23,449 bases of DNA from a bacterium (lineage in GTDB: Bacteria > Hydrothermota > Tepidihabitantia > Tepidihabitantales > Tepidihabitantaceae): the NCBI GenBank assembly GCA_046485285.1, contig JAWOHE010000055.1, positions 1 to 23,449 of the forward strand, read 5' to 3'. A model generated the notes under the pieces. It did not search any database and was not told the origin of the DNA. It saw only the letters and a list, made by a program, of their open reading frames with translations. This document shows positions 8,907 through 18,603 of the stretch, in pieces. The stretch's first letter is position 1, and the number at the start of each line of letters is the position of its first letter. Both the position numbers and the translations under genes were made by a program.

Positions 8907-10474
8907 GCGCCGCGCCAACGATCCAGGGCCGCGTCCGCGAGATGCTCTCGCCCCGGGTCTACGGCCCGGGCGTCAGGCGGGTTCGGATGCTCCAGACCCA
9001 CACCTCGTGGGTGTTCCTGACCGGCCGGTACGCCTGCAAGGTCAAGAAGCCAGTTAACTTCGGCTTCCTCGACTACACCGACCTTTCCGCACGCAAGTTC
9101 TTCTGCCGCGAAGAGTTCCGGCTCAACCGTCGGCTCTCACCCGACATCTACCTCGAGGTTCTGCCGATCACCGAGCGCCGGGGCCGGCTTCGGCTTGGCG
9201 GTTCCGGCCCGGTCGTCGACTGGTGCCTGAAGATGCGCGAGCTTCCGCAGGAGTCGATAATGACCGAGCAGCTCCGACGCGGCCGCGTCAGCGTTGACCA
9301 CGTTGACGAGATTGCCCGCATCATAGCCGACTTCCACTCCGCTGCCGAGCGCGGTCCGGAAATCAGCCGCTACGGCAGCTCGGAGATCATCCGCCTCAAC
9401 TGGGACGAGAACTTCGCCCAGACGATGGAGTTTCGCGGCCGGACGATCACCCGGCCAGCCTTCGAGCTCATCAAGACGGCAGTCGAGCGGTTCATCCGTC
9501 TTCGGCGCGGCCGGTTCCGCCGCCGACGCGAGCAGGGCTTCATCCGCCGCTGCCACGGCGACCTTCACTCCCGCAACATCTTCATCGGCGACCGGGTCCA
9601 CGTCTTCGACTGCATCGAGTTCAACCCGCGCTTCTCCTGCTCGGACACCGCCTCGGAGATCGCCTTCCTCGCGATGGACCTCGACTGGTTCGGGCGCCGC
9701 GACCTCGCCGGGTTCTTCGTCGAGCGCTACGTCGCCCGCACCGGCGACTCCGGCCTGCTCCGCCTGCTAGACTTCTATCGCTGCTATCGCGCCTACGTCC
9801 GGGGCAAGGTGACGAGCTTCAACCTCAACGACCCCGGCGTGCCGCCCGCGGCGAAGGTCAAGGCCCGCGCCGTCGCCCGCAGCTACTTCCGGCTCGCCGA
9901 GCGTTACGCCCGGCTCCTCGACCCCGACCCGCGGCTGGTCGTGATGCTCGGCCTGCCCGGCACCGGCAAGAGCTACGTCGCCGCCCGGCTCGCCGCGCGC
10001 ATCGACGCCTGGCATCTCAACAGCGACTCCGTCCGCAAGCAGCTCGCCGGCGTCTCGATCGAGGCCGACGGCCGCGGCGCGCTCAGCCCCAGGCTCTACA
10101 ACCGCGAGCTCGGCATCCGGGTCTACCGCGAACTCCTGCGCCGGGCGCGGGTCTTCCTTGCCGCCGGTCACCGGGTCGTCGTCGATGCCACTTTCCTCCA
10201 TCCCGACTCGCGCGCAAAGGCCCGGGCGGTCGCCGACCGGCTGGGCTTGCCCTTTCTGTTCGTCCACGCCGATTGCCCGGAGAGGACCGTCGTCGCGCGG
10301 ATGCGCCGGCGCTTCCGGCAGGCGTCGGTCTCCGACGCCGACCTGCGCATCTACCGCGCGATGAAGAAGCGGTTCGCGCCGCCCGGGCCCGGCCCGCACC
10401 TTATCCGCATCGACACCCGCCGGCCGGTGTCGCAGTCGGTCAACGCGATTGAGCGCGCACTACTTCGTATCTGA
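8903..10474 (+). CDS. Bifunctional aminoglycoside-phosphotransferase-like kinase / P-loop (AAA_33, gluconate-kinase-like) protein
   Basis: QTHTSWVFL, KVKKPVNFGFLD, CHGDLH..NI, FDCIEFN, AMDLD; C-terminal GLPGTGKS, SD.VRK and DATF. Confidence 0.9.
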   Translation: MSAAPTIQGRVREMLSPRVYGPGVRRVRMLQTHTSWVFLTGRYACKVKKPVNFGFLDYTDLSARKFFCREEFRLNRRLSPDIYLEVLPITERRGRLRLGGSGPVVDWCLKMRELPQESIMTEQLRRGRVSVDHVDEIARIIADFHSAAERGPEISRYGSSEIIRLNWDENFAQTMEFRGRTITRPAFELIKTAVERFIRLRRGRFRRRREQGFIRRCHGDLHSRNIFIGDRVHVFDCIEFNPRFSCSDTASEIAFLAMDLDWFGRRDLAGFFVERYVARTGDSGLLRLLDFYRCYRAYVRGKVTSFNLNDPGVPPAAKVKARAVARSYFRLAERYARLLDPDPRLVVMLGLPGTGKSYVAARLAARIDAWHLNSDSVRKQLAGVSIEADGRGALSPRLYNRELGIRVYRELLRRARVFLAAGHRVVVDATFLHPDSRAKARAVADRLGLPFLFVHADCPERTVVARMRRRFRQASVSDADLRIYRAMKKRFAPPGPGPHLIRIDTRRPVSQSVNAIERALLRI

Positions 10475-11153
10475 CGCCCACCTCGGGGCCGCCCCGCCCG
10501 GCGCCGAGGCGCGCCTCGCCCGTTTTCTCAACGGGCTCGAGGGCCGGGCCGACTCGCTCTGGATTCTCGGCGACCTCTTCGACTTCTGGTTCGAGTACGG
10601 CCGGGTCATTCCCCGCCACGGCTTCCGGATCCTCGCCGCGCTCGCCCGACTCCGCGAAGCCGGCATCCGCGTCAGCTACCTCGCCGGCAACCACGACCTG
10701 CGCTTCGGCGGCTTCCTCCGGCGCGAGCTCGGCATCGAGACCGGCGCCGGCGGCGACATCGAGCTCGACGGCCGGAAGGTCCTCGTCCGTCACGGCGACG
10801 AGATTGACCGACGCGCGGTCTCGCGGCTGTTCCGAGTGCTGATGCGGAGCCGGCTCAACAACGGGCTCTACCGGCTGATTCACCCCGACCTCGGCATCGC
10901 CCTCGCCGGCTGGGTCGCCCGCCGCAGCCGCGCGCGCGGACCTGACGAGCGCCTCGCCGGTGCGATGCGCGAGTGGGCCCGCGCCCGCCTCGCCGAGGGT
11001 CGCGACCTCGTTGTCCTCGGCCACCTCCACCGGCCCGAGCTGACCGCCTTTCCCGGGGGCGGCAGCTACCTCAACGCCGGCGACTGGATCGAGAACTTCA
11101 GCTACGGCATCCTGCGCGACGGTCGCCCGGCGCTCGAGCGGTTCGACGGGTGA
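10449..11153 (+). CDS. lpxH: UDP-2,3-diacylglucosamine diphosphatase (LpxH-like)
   Basis: YFVSDAHLG, LGDLFDFWFEY, GNHD, HGD, GHLHRP, N.GDW. TTG start overlaps the upstream gene. Confidence 0.8.
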   Translation: MSAHYFVSDAHLGAAPPGAEARLARFLNGLEGRADSLWILGDLFDFWFEYGRVIPRHGFRILAALARLREAGIRVSYLAGNHDLRFGGFLRRELGIETGAGGDIELDGRKVLVRHGDEIDRRAVSRLFRVLMRSRLNNGLYRLIHPDLGIALAGWVARRSRARGPDERLAGAMREWARARLAEGRDLVVLGHLHRPELTAFPGGGSYLNAGDWIENFSYGILRDGRPALERFDG

Positions 11154-12118
11154 AGCGCTGGCTCACGCTCCGCGACGGCGCCTGGCACGGCGTCCGCGCC
11201 TTCTTCAAGCTGATGGCGATCGTCGGCCCGGTCTACACCGCGGTCACGGTCCTGCGCTACACGCCGGTAATCGCCGCGTTTGCCCGGTTCGCCGCGCCGC
11301 TGATGAGGTACTTCGGCCTCCCCGGCGACGCCGCGCTGGCGCTCATCATCGGCAACCTCATCAACCTCTACGCCGGCATCGGCGCCATCACCGCCCTCGG
11401 CCTGCCCACGAACCAGCTCACCGTCCTGTCGCTGATGCTGCTCCTCAGCCACTCACAGATTCTCGAGACCGCGGTCTTCTTCCAGATGAAGGCGAAATGG
11501 TGGCTGCTCTGGGCGATCCGGCTCGCGGTCTCGCTCCTCGTCGGCTGGGCGCTCGGCTTACTGCTCGTGCCTGCGTCAGCGGCCGGGTCGGCCGCGCCGG
11601 CCGCGACCGACACCCTCGCCCGGCTGGCCCGCCTGCCCTGGCCGGGAGTGGGCCCCGCGCTCGGCGGCTGGGCAATCGGGCTCTGGGACACTGCCTGGAA
11701 GATGTGCCTCGTCCTCGTCGCCATCTTCATCGGGCTCGAGTACGCCAAGCGCTACGGCCTGCTCGAGAAGATGCTCACCGGCGTCAACCGGCTGACCCGC
11801 CACATCGGCCTGAGCCGCGCCGCCGGCCTGCCCTGGCTTGGCGGCAACGTCTTCGGCATCGTCTTCGGCGGCGGGCTCATCATCGAGAGCACCCACGCCC
11901 ACAAGCTGTCCCCGCGCCAGGTCACCCTCGTCGCGACCTTCCTCTCGCTCAGCCACGGACTGTTCGAGGACACCGCCATCTTCGCCGTGATGGGCGCGAA
12001 CCTGTTCTGGATATCCGTCCCGCGCCTCGTCCTCGCGGTCGCCGTGACCTGGACGCTCAGCCGCATCCTGCGCGAGCCAACCGAGACCGCCCCGGAGGCC
12101 AACAGTGAAACCGGATGA
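11150..12118 (+). CDS. Nucleoside-recognition (Gate) domain membrane protein
   Basis: GTG start in a GTGA overlap with the lpxH stop. Two similar halves (APLMRYFGLPGDAA...SHSQILET and TRHIGLS...SHGLFEDT) with many TM helices. Confidence 0.78.
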   Translation: MKRWLTLRDGAWHGVRAFFKLMAIVGPVYTAVTVLRYTPVIAAFARFAAPLMRYFGLPGDAALALIIGNLINLYAGIGAITALGLPTNQLTVLSLMLLLSHSQILETAVFFQMKAKWWLLWAIRLAVSLLVGWALGLLLVPASAAGSAAPAATDTLARLARLPWPGVGPALGGWAIGLWDTAWKMCLVLVAIFIGLEYAKRYGLLEKMLTGVNRLTRHIGLSRAAGLPWLGGNVFGIVFGGGLIIESTHAHKLSPRQVTLVATFLSLSHGLFEDTAIFAVMGANLFWISVPRLVLAVAVTWTLSRILREPTETAPEANSETG

Positions 12119-12443
12119 GTTCCGCCGCTTCCGTGTGGAGATGAACGAGCGCATCCTCGGTGCCGGCCACCTCGGCATCAGGCGCTTCTTCGCGCTCGAC
12201 CACCAGGCCTACGAAGACGGTGCCCTGCCCGTGAAGACCAAGGAGCTGATGGGCCTCGTCGCCTCAACCGTCCTGCGCTGCAACGACTGCATCGCCTACC
12301 ATCTCGACCGGTGCGTCGAGCTCGGGGTGACCGACGAGGAACTCATCGAGGCTTTCAATGTCGCGCTGGTGGTCGGCGGCTCAATCGTGATTCCTCATCT
12401 CCGCCGCGCCTTCGCCTACCTCGACGCCGCCCGCGGCCGCTGA
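12105..12443 (+). CDS. Carboxymuconolactone decarboxylase / AhpD-like protein
   Basis: DGALPVKTKELMGLVAS..LRCNDCIAYH (CxxC..H), VVGGSIVIPHLRRA. Confidence 0.88.
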   Translation: MKPDEFRRFRVEMNERILGAGHLGIRRFFALDHQAYEDGALPVKTKELMGLVASTVLRCNDCIAYHLDRCVELGVTDEELIEAFNVALVVGGSIVIPHLRRAFAYLDAARGR

Positions 12444-12450
12444 CGCCAGA

Positions 12451-12783
12451 CTAGCGGCCGGCCCGGGCCGCCCGGGCGAAAGCGCCGAAGTAGCCGCGCA
12501 GGAGCTCGGGCGACGAGCCGTAACGGTTGTCACCGTAGAAGTAGTCCGCCAGCACCTCCCGCGCCCGGGCCAGCTCGCGGCCCCGGCCGCGGTTCCGGCC
12601 GTCGGCGAGACTCAGGTCGAGCAGCTCCAGCGCCCGCTCGACCGCCCGACGGCGGTGGTCCGGACTGCCCCGCTCCTGCCATAGCAGCGCCCGCTCGACC
12701 TCACTGCCGACATTGGCGACCTGCTCGAGGAACGGAAGCCGGAACCAGCGCCCGGCGGCCAGTCCGGCGTGCAGTGCGCTCAT
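12451..12783 (-). CDS. Conserved hypothetical all-helical protein, coupled to the DUF5674 gene
   Basis: LAAGRWF.L.FLEQVANVGSEVERA...RALELLDL...RE..RARE.LADYF. Resembles a hypothetical family I recall next to DUF5674 genes; 4-bp ATGA overlap. Confidence 0.75.
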   Translation of the reverse strand: MSALHAGLAAGRWFRLPFLEQVANVGSEVERALLWQERGSPDHRRRAVERALELLDLSLADGRNRGRGRELARAREVLADYFYGDNRYGSSPELLRGYFGAFARAARAGR

Positions 12784-13121
12784 CGTGCCACCAGCCGTGC
12801 GATGACACTGAGGACCACCTCCCGGACCGCGGGGTCATCGACACCGCGGCTGCGGTTGCCCTGCGACGGCCGGATGTTGATGAGCGAGTCAAACTCGACC
12901 CACTCCGGCCCGGCCACGCCCGGGTAGAGGTTGACGCCCCACAGGTGACGCTGCTCCGAACCATCGGCCAGCAGCAGCGCCTCCTCGTCGGAGTGGAGTT
13001 CGCCGTTCACCGCCATCACCCCACGCTCGACGTCGATGACCGCCTTGACCATATCGCCGAACATCGCCTCGGCCATCGCACCGAGTTCGGCGAGCGTGAG
13101 CCGGTCGCGGACGATCTCCAT
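12780..13121 (-). CDS. DUF5674 family protein
   Basis: MFGDMVKAVIDVE..MA..GELHSDEE..LL..GS.Q..LWG.NLYP...EFDSLINIRP.QGNRSR.V. Confidence 0.82.
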   Translation of the reverse strand: MEIVRDRLTLAELGAMAEAMFGDMVKAVIDVERGVMAVNGELHSDEEALLLADGSEQRHLWGVNLYPGVAGPEWVEFDSLINIRPSQGNRSRGVDDPAVREVVLSVIARLVAR

Positions 13122-13128
13122 CAGCGAG

Positions 13129-13156
13129 AGAATAGACGCCGCCGCCGCGCGGTCAA
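13129..13156 (-). promoter_or_regulatory. Sigma70-type promoter of the DUF5674 pair (leaderless)
   Basis: TTGACC-16 bp-TATTCT, 7 nt before ATG 13121. Confidence 0.65.
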
Positions 13157-13188
13157 GTCACCTCGGCCGCGGGCAGGGACGGCCGCCA

Positions 13189-14046
13189 TCACAGGTCCTT
13201 GCCGTACACACGCCAGGCCGACTTCCAGCAGTTCCTGCCCGGCCTCAGCCCGGGGACGAGCTCCCGCGCCGCGCGGCGCAGTTCACTCGCCCACGCGAAC
13301 GGGTAGTTGAGGGTGAGGCTCGCCCGGCCGCCCCGGCCCGCCGCGATCAGCGACGGCAGGACCTCACGGAAATCGGCGGGCCGGTCGAACAGGTTCACCG
13401 TCGTCGAGCGGTAGCGGTTCTCCGGACCCGCGATGTAGCCGTGGCGGACGATGTGCGCCGGCACGCCGGCAACCCGGCAGCCGCCCGCCTCGACCCGGAC
13501 CCGGGTGTGCGGCCCGATGCGTGACCAGAGCCAGCCCGGGTGCTCGTGGAAGATGACCCGCCGGCCCGACTCGCGCCAGTGACGGTAGCCGCCCGGCAAC
13601 CGTCGCGGCCGCGGCCCGCCCGCGATCGCGGGCAAGTCCCAGAAGCTGTCGGTCGCGTCGGTCGCCTCAAGTCTCATCCCCAGCCGCCCGGCGATGCGGT
13701 ACACCGGCGATGGCCGGCGATAGAGATAGGTGTTGATGCCGACCCAGCTCAGGCCGGCCTCCCGGCAGACGTCGACCAGCGCGGCGGTGAAGCGCCGGGC
13801 TATGCCCCGGCCCTGCACGTCAGCGGCCACCCGCATCCCGTAGAGCCAGGCGTCCCGGCGGTTGAGATGCTGAACGCCGCAGAACGCGACAAGTCGGCGT
13901 CGGCGCCGCCAGACCCAGAGGCTGCCCGGCGCGCCCTCATCGAGGTGCCAGCGGATGATGCCCCTTACGTAGCCGAACCACTTGAGTCGCTTTGCGAACG
14001 CTTCCACCTCGGGGAACAGCTCGGGCCTGTAGCGCTCGAGTGCCAT
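13189..14046 (-). CDS. GNAT family N-acetyltransferase
   Basis: AWLYGMRVAADVQGRGIA (acetyl-CoA binding Q-x-x-G-x-A). TATACT at 14052-14057 lies 5 nt before the ATG. Confidence 0.78.
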   Translation of the reverse strand: MALERYRPELFPEVEAFAKRLKWFGYVRGIIRWHLDEGAPGSLWVWRRRRRLVAFCGVQHLNRRDAWLYGMRVAADVQGRGIARRFTAALVDVCREAGLSWVGINTYLYRRPSPVYRIAGRLGMRLEATDATDSFWDLPAIAGGPRPRRLPGGYRHWRESGRRVIFHEHPGWLWSRIGPHTRVRVEAGGCRVAGVPAHIVRHGYIAGPENRYRSTTVNLFDRPADFREVLPSLIAAGRGGRASLTLNYPFAWASELRRAARELVPGLRPGRNCWKSAWRVYGKDL

Positions 14047-14109
14047 CGCGCAGTATACCGGCGGGCCCGGCCGAATCCACCCTGCCTTGCCCGGAACCGC
14101 CCGTCAGGT

Positions 14110-14472
14110 TCAGGCTGGCGGCCCGAACCCGGGCACCGGGTGCAGGAACTGCTGGAACTCAAGCTTCCTGTCCTCCGGGTCCCGCGCGAAGAAGTGGTAG
14201 ATGCGGTACTTCGGGTTCTCCTTCGGCTCGCCCGTCGCGATGTCGCGCATCTTCTCGTACATCGCGTCCACCTCCTCGCGCCGGTCGTAGAAGAAGGTAA
14301 TCAGCCCGTCCCGGTCCGGCTCGGGCTGGCGGTGGAACCCGATGAGCATGTTGCCGTGTCGCAGGATGGCGATGTCCGGCTGTTCCAGCCAGACCGTCAT
14401 CCCGACCCGGTCGAGGTAGAACGCCCGCACCCTCTCGAACGCGGCGGTCTTCAGGAAGACAATGCCTGCCAT
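14110..14472 (-). CDS. VOC / glyoxalase-bleomycin resistance family protein
   Basis: FY...VGM, ITFFY, HFFARDPEDRKLEFQ. Confidence 0.85.
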   Translation of the reverse strand: MAGIVFLKTAAFERVRAFYLDRVGMTVWLEQPDIAILRHGNMLIGFHRQPEPDRDGLITFFYDRREEVDAMYEKMRDIATGEPKENPKYRIYHFFARDPEDRKLEFQQFLHPVPGFGPPA

Positions 14473-14478
14473 GCCCGC

Positions 14479-14506
14479 AGTCTACCCGGCCCGACGGCCC
14501 GGGCAA
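14479..14506 (-). promoter_or_regulatory. Sigma70-type promoter of the VOC gene (leaderless)
   Basis: TTGCCC-16 bp-TAGACT, 6 nt before ATG 14472. Confidence 0.6.
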
Positions 14507-14514
14507 GCCGGCGC

Positions 14515-16233
14515 TCAGGCCGCGGGCAGGGTGACCGTGAACCGGCTTCCGTGGCCGGGGTCGCTCTCGGCCTCGATCGTCCCGCGGTGCTGTAGCACGA
14601 TGTGCTTGACGATTGCCAGCCCCAGCCCGGTCCCTCCGAGCTTGCGTGAGCGGGCCTTGTCGGTGACGAAGAACCGCTCGTAGAGCCGCGGCAACTGGTC
14701 GGCCGGGATCCCGATGCCGGTATCCTCAACCACGAGCCGGACCACCTCACCGTCCTTCCCGAGCCGGACGTTCACGCGACCGGCGTCGGTGTACTTGATC
14801 GCGTTGTCAACGAGGTTGACCAGCACCTGTTCGAGATGGAACTCGTCGCCCGCGACTGACGGCACGCCGGGCTCAACTTCGAGCCTGAGCTCGAGGCCCT
14901 TCTCCTGTGCCCGGCGCTCGAAGATGCGCAGGACGTCTTCGGCCAGCCGGCCGAGATCGACCGGTGAGACATCGAGCTTCGGCCCTTCCTCGACCTGCGA
15001 CAGCACCAGCAGGTCCCGGACGATGTTGATGAGCCGGTCGGTATGCCGACTGATGACCTCGACATAGCGCTTCTCGTCGCCGGTCAGGGTCTCGGCGAGC
15101 GTCTCGAGGAAGCCCTTGATCGCAGTCAGTGGAGTGCGCAGTTCGTGCGAGACGTTTACGACCAGGTCGCGCTTGACCTCGGCCATCCGCTCGACCTCGG
15201 TAACGTCGTGGAAGGTTATCACCGTCTCGCGGCTGGACTCGAGCCTGGTAGCACTGCACAGGTAGCTCCGGCCCCGGAAGCGCGCCGTGGCGCTCGCGGT
15301 GAGCTCTTCCGCCTCGGCCTGGGCCAGTTCGGCGAGCGCCGGCTCGCGGACAGTCTCCCAGAGGAATCGCCCCTCGGGCCGCTCCTCGCCGACGATGGCC
15401 CGGAAGCTCGGATTCGCCAGCGTCACCCGGCCGTCGCGGTCGAGCACGACAAGGCCCTCACGCATCGCGCCGATGACCTTATCGAGCGTCTCCCTGCCGG
15501 ACTTCTCCTGCGCGACCAGCGTTCGGAGCCGGGCGACCATCTCGTTGAATCCGGCCGACAGCTCGCCCAGCTCGTCTCCGCGTCCGGCCGGCACCCGGAC
15601 CTCGAGGTCGCCCTCGCCGACCCGGCGCGCGGCCCGGACCAGCCTGCCCACCGGCCGGGCGATATCCCGGGCAACGAGCAGCGAAAGCACCAGCGCCAGC
15701 AGTGTCAGCAGGCCGGCGGCCAGCACCACCTCGGTCCCCAGCCGGCGCAGGAGCGCGTTCACGTCGCGCATCATCACTGCGGCCCGGACCGCGGCGATGA
15801 CCCGGCCGTCCCGCTCGAGCGGCACCGCGACGTAGAGCATCTCGCTATTCAGGGTCCGGCTGAAACGCGTACTCGCCCCGACCTCGCCCGCCATCGCGGC
15901 AATCACCTCCGGCCGGGCGGAATGGTCTTCCATCACCCCCGCCCGCTCGCGGGAGTCGCCCAGCACCCGGCCGTCCGGCGCGACAACCGTGAACCTGACC
16001 GCGACCCTTTCCCCCAGCCGCTTGAGCGCGGCATCAAGCGACTCCGGGCTCGACCACGGGCTCTGTTCGAAGCGGTCGGCGAGAGTCCTGGCGTGCTGCT
16101 CGAGCTCTCCGGTCAGGCTCTCGACGTGGCCGGTCCGGACCGTGCCCAGCAGGAAGAACAACAGCGCGGTGACGAGCAGGACCACCACCAGCAGGTGGCC
16201 GCCGAAGACCCGCAGGAAGAGTGACCGGTGCAT
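14515..16233 (-). CDS. phoR: Phosphate regulon sensor histidine kinase (2 TM, HAMP, PAS, HisKA, HATPase)
   Basis: H-box NVSHELRTPLTAIKG, N-box NLVDNAIKY, DTGIGIP, GGTGLGLAIVKH; periplasmic DH..RPEV motif; last gene of the pst operon. Confidence 0.9.
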   Translation of the reverse strand: MHRSLFLRVFGGHLLVVVLLVTALLFFLLGTVRTGHVESLTGELEQHARTLADRFEQSPWSSPESLDAALKRLGERVAVRFTVVAPDGRVLGDSRERAGVMEDHSARPEVIAAMAGEVGASTRFSRTLNSEMLYVAVPLERDGRVIAAVRAAVMMRDVNALLRRLGTEVVLAAGLLTLLALVLSLLVARDIARPVGRLVRAARRVGEGDLEVRVPAGRGDELGELSAGFNEMVARLRTLVAQEKSGRETLDKVIGAMREGLVVLDRDGRVTLANPSFRAIVGEERPEGRFLWETVREPALAELAQAEAEELTASATARFRGRSYLCSATRLESSRETVITFHDVTEVERMAEVKRDLVVNVSHELRTPLTAIKGFLETLAETLTGDEKRYVEVISRHTDRLINIVRDLLVLSQVEEGPKLDVSPVDLGRLAEDVLRIFERRAQEKGLELRLEVEPGVPSVAGDEFHLEQVLVNLVDNAIKYTDAGRVNVRLGKDGEVVRLVVEDTGIGIPADQLPRLYERFFVTDKARSRKLGGTGLGLAIVKHIVLQHRGTIEAESDPGHGSRFTVTLPAA

Positions 16234-16235
16234 GG

Positions 16236-16913
16236 TCAGGAAGCCTGCCCGCCCTCCTGCTCGACGCAGTGCTTGATGACCCGGCCCTGGGCCGAGTAGA
16301 TTGCGTCCTCGGCAATGTTCGTCGCGAGGTCGGCGACGCGTTCGAGGTTAAGCGAGACCATCATCAGCTTCAGCGCCCGGTCGATCGTCGCCGGGTCGGA
16401 AATCATGTAGGTAACCAGCTCGCGGTTGACCTGGTCCTTGAGCGCATCGACCATCGAATCGCGGCTGCAGAGCTCCCGCGCAAGTCCGACGTCGCCGCGG
16501 GCGAAGGCGTCGAGCGCGTCGGCGAGCATGCCCACCGCGATCTCCGACATCCTTGGCAGGTCGATCAGCGGCTTGACCTGCGGGCGGTCGGCAAGGTAGC
16601 AGGCCGCCTCGGCGATGTTGACCGCATGGTCGCCGATGCGCTCGAGGTCGCTGTTGACCTTGGTAACCATCACCAGCGTCCGGAGCGCCGAGGCCTCGGG
16701 CTGGTGGAGCGCGATGATGCCGATGGCGTCGTTCTCGACTTCGATCTCCAGCCGGTTGACCTTCTCTTCCTCGACGTCGATGACCCGCCGCGCACGCGTC
16801 GGGTCGCGCCGGACGAGACTCTCCATGCTCCCGGCGAGCATGCCCTCGGCCAGCGCCGCCATCCGGAACAGTTTCTCTTTGAGCTCGGCAATCTTTGTTT
16901 CCAGTATCGTCAT
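16236..16913 (-). CDS. phoU: Phosphate signalling complex protein PhoU
   Basis: QPEASALR, DLERIGDHAVNIA, LERVADLATNIAE. Confidence 0.95.
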   Translation of the reverse strand: MTILETKIAELKEKLFRMAALAEGMLAGSMESLVRRDPTRARRVIDVEEEKVNRLEIEVENDAIGIIALHQPEASALRTLVMVTKVNSDLERIGDHAVNIAEAACYLADRPQVKPLIDLPRMSEIAVGMLADALDAFARGDVGLARELCSRDSMVDALKDQVNRELVTYMISDPATIDRALKLMMVSLNLERVADLATNIAEDAIYSAQGRVIKHCVEQEGGQAS

Positions 16914-16941
16914 CTCGAACTCCTCTCGGCCGGGTGCCTCC

Positions 16942-17703
16942 TCATCCGAACTTGCCCATCAGGAAGTCTTCGGTCCGCTTGTCCTTCGGCTTGGTGAAGA
17001 CCTGCTCGGTCTTCCCCCACTCGGCGAGCTCGCCGAGCATCAGGAACGCGCAGTGGTCGGAGACCCGGGCCGCCTGCTGCATGTTGTGGGTGACGATGAC
17101 GATGGTATACTCGCGCTTGAGCTCGACGATCAACTCCTCGAGCTTCGCCGTCGAATGCGGATCGAGTGCCGACGCCGGCTCGTCGAGCAGGACGATCTCC
17201 GGCCCGACCGCGATCGCCCGGGCCAGGCACAGCCGCTGCTGCTGCCCGCCCGACAGGCTGAAGGCGTTGTCCTGAAGCCGGTCCTTGACCTCCTCCCAGA
17301 GATTGGCCTGGACCAGCGCCTGCTCGACCCGCGCCCGGATTTCACCCGAGTCGCCCAGCCGGTGGATGCGCAGGCCGAAGGCGACGTTCTCGAAGATGGA
17401 CTTCGGGAACGGGTTCGGCTTCTGGAACACCATTCCCACCCGGCGGCGCAGGTCAATGACGTCGACCCTGGGCGAGTAGACGTTCTCGCCATCAATGACG
17501 ATCTGCCCGGTGATCCGGGCCGAGAGAATCAGGTCGTTCATCCGGTTGATGCAGCGCAGGAGCGTGGACTTGCCGCAGCCCGACGGACCCATGATCGCGG
17601 TCACCGCGTTGGCCGGGATGTTGAAGCTGACATCCCGCAGCACGTGGTTCGTGCCGAAGTGGAGGTTCAGGCTCTCAACCGCGATCCTGGTTTTGCCGCT
17701 CAT
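16942..17703 (-). CDS. pstB: Phosphate ABC transporter ATP-binding protein
   Basis: [58 protein letters not shown]. Confidence 0.97.
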   Translation of the reverse strand: MSGKTRIAVESLNLHFGTNHVLRDVSFNIPANAVTAIMGPSGCGKSTLLRCINRMNDLILSARITGQIVIDGENVYSPRVDVIDLRRRVGMVFQKPNPFPKSIFENVAFGLRIHRLGDSGEIRARVEQALVQANLWEEVKDRLQDNAFSLSGGQQQRLCLARAIAVGPEIVLLDEPASALDPHSTAKLEELIVELKREYTIVIVTHNMQQAARVSDHCAFLMLGELAEWGKTEQVFTKPKDKRTEDFLMGKFG

Positions 17704-17712
17704 CTCTCTCCT

Positions 17713-18603
17713 CTAGACCTGCCAGGTATTGGTGCGGGCAACCCGCATCCTGATGACGAACGCGAGCGCGTCGAACGCCAGCACGAAGACCAGCAGCACC
17801 AGCGCGGTGCCGAAGGCAATCGGCCGGACTTTCGCGACCTGGTCGTGCTGGGTCGCAAGTGCGAAGAGATGGTAGGGCAGCGCCATGAACTTGCTCGACA
17901 ACGAGGTCGGCAGTTGCCGGGTGAAGTACGTCACGCCGGTGAAGAGGATCGGCGCGGTCTCGCCGACCGTCCGGGCGACCGCCAGCAGAGCCCCGGTCAG
18001 GATGCCCGGGAAGGCGTAGGGCAGGACGTTGCGCCGGATCGCCTCCCACTTGGTCGAGCCCAGCGCCAGCGCGCCCTCGCGGAACGAACCCGGGATCGCG
18101 GATATCGCCTCCTCGCAGGTGGCGATGATCCACGGCAGGTTGACGAGGCCGAGCGTCAGGCCCGACGCCAGCACCGACATCCCGAACCGCATCGCGTTGA
18201 CGAACAGCGCCACCCCGAACAGGCCGTAGACTATCGACGGCACCCCGGCCAGGCTCCGCACCGAGCTCCGGATGACCCGGGTCAGCAGGTTGTTCGGGGC
18301 GTACTCGGCAAGGTAGATCCCCGAGAACACCCCGACCGGCACCGAGAACACCAGCGAGACGAAGGTCACCAGCACCGTGCCAATGATGCAGGGCAGGATG
18401 CCGCCTTCGGTCATTCCCGCTGTCGGCGGCCGGGTCAGGAACTCCCAGCTCAGCACGCCGCCCCCGTTCCAGGCCAGGTAGCCGATCAGCAACAGGATGA
18501 AGGCGATAAACGCGAACAGCGGCACCGCCAGCACCACGAACCCGATGTTGCTGCCGAAGCGCCGGCGGGGAATCGCGCCCGGGACGGCGCCCGTCCCGCT
18601 CAC
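17713..18603 (-). CDS. pstA: Phosphate ABC transporter permease PstA
   Basis: GIYLAEYA, LAGVPSIVYGLFG, REGALALGSTKW, ARTVGETAPIL. Confidence 0.95.
   Translation of the reverse strand: MSGTGAVPGAIPRRRFGSNIGFVVLAVPLFAFIAFILLLIGYLAWNGGGVLSWEFLTRPPTAGMTEGGILPCIIGTVLVTFVSLVFSVPVGVFSGIYLAEYAPNNLLTRVIRSSVRSLAGVPSIVYGLFGVALFVNAMRFGMSVLASGLTLGLVNLPWIIATCEEAISAIPGSFREGALALGSTKWEAIRRNVLPYAFPGILTGALLAVARTVGETAPILFTGVTYFTRQLPTSLSSKFMALPYHLFALATQHDQVAKVRPIAFGTALVLLVFVLAFDALAFVIRMRVARTNTWQV

Noticed and set aside
10973..11149. N-terminal extension of the Gate-domain ORF
   Set aside because: It lies within lpxH; the GTGA stop/start overlap at 11150 is the more plausible start.
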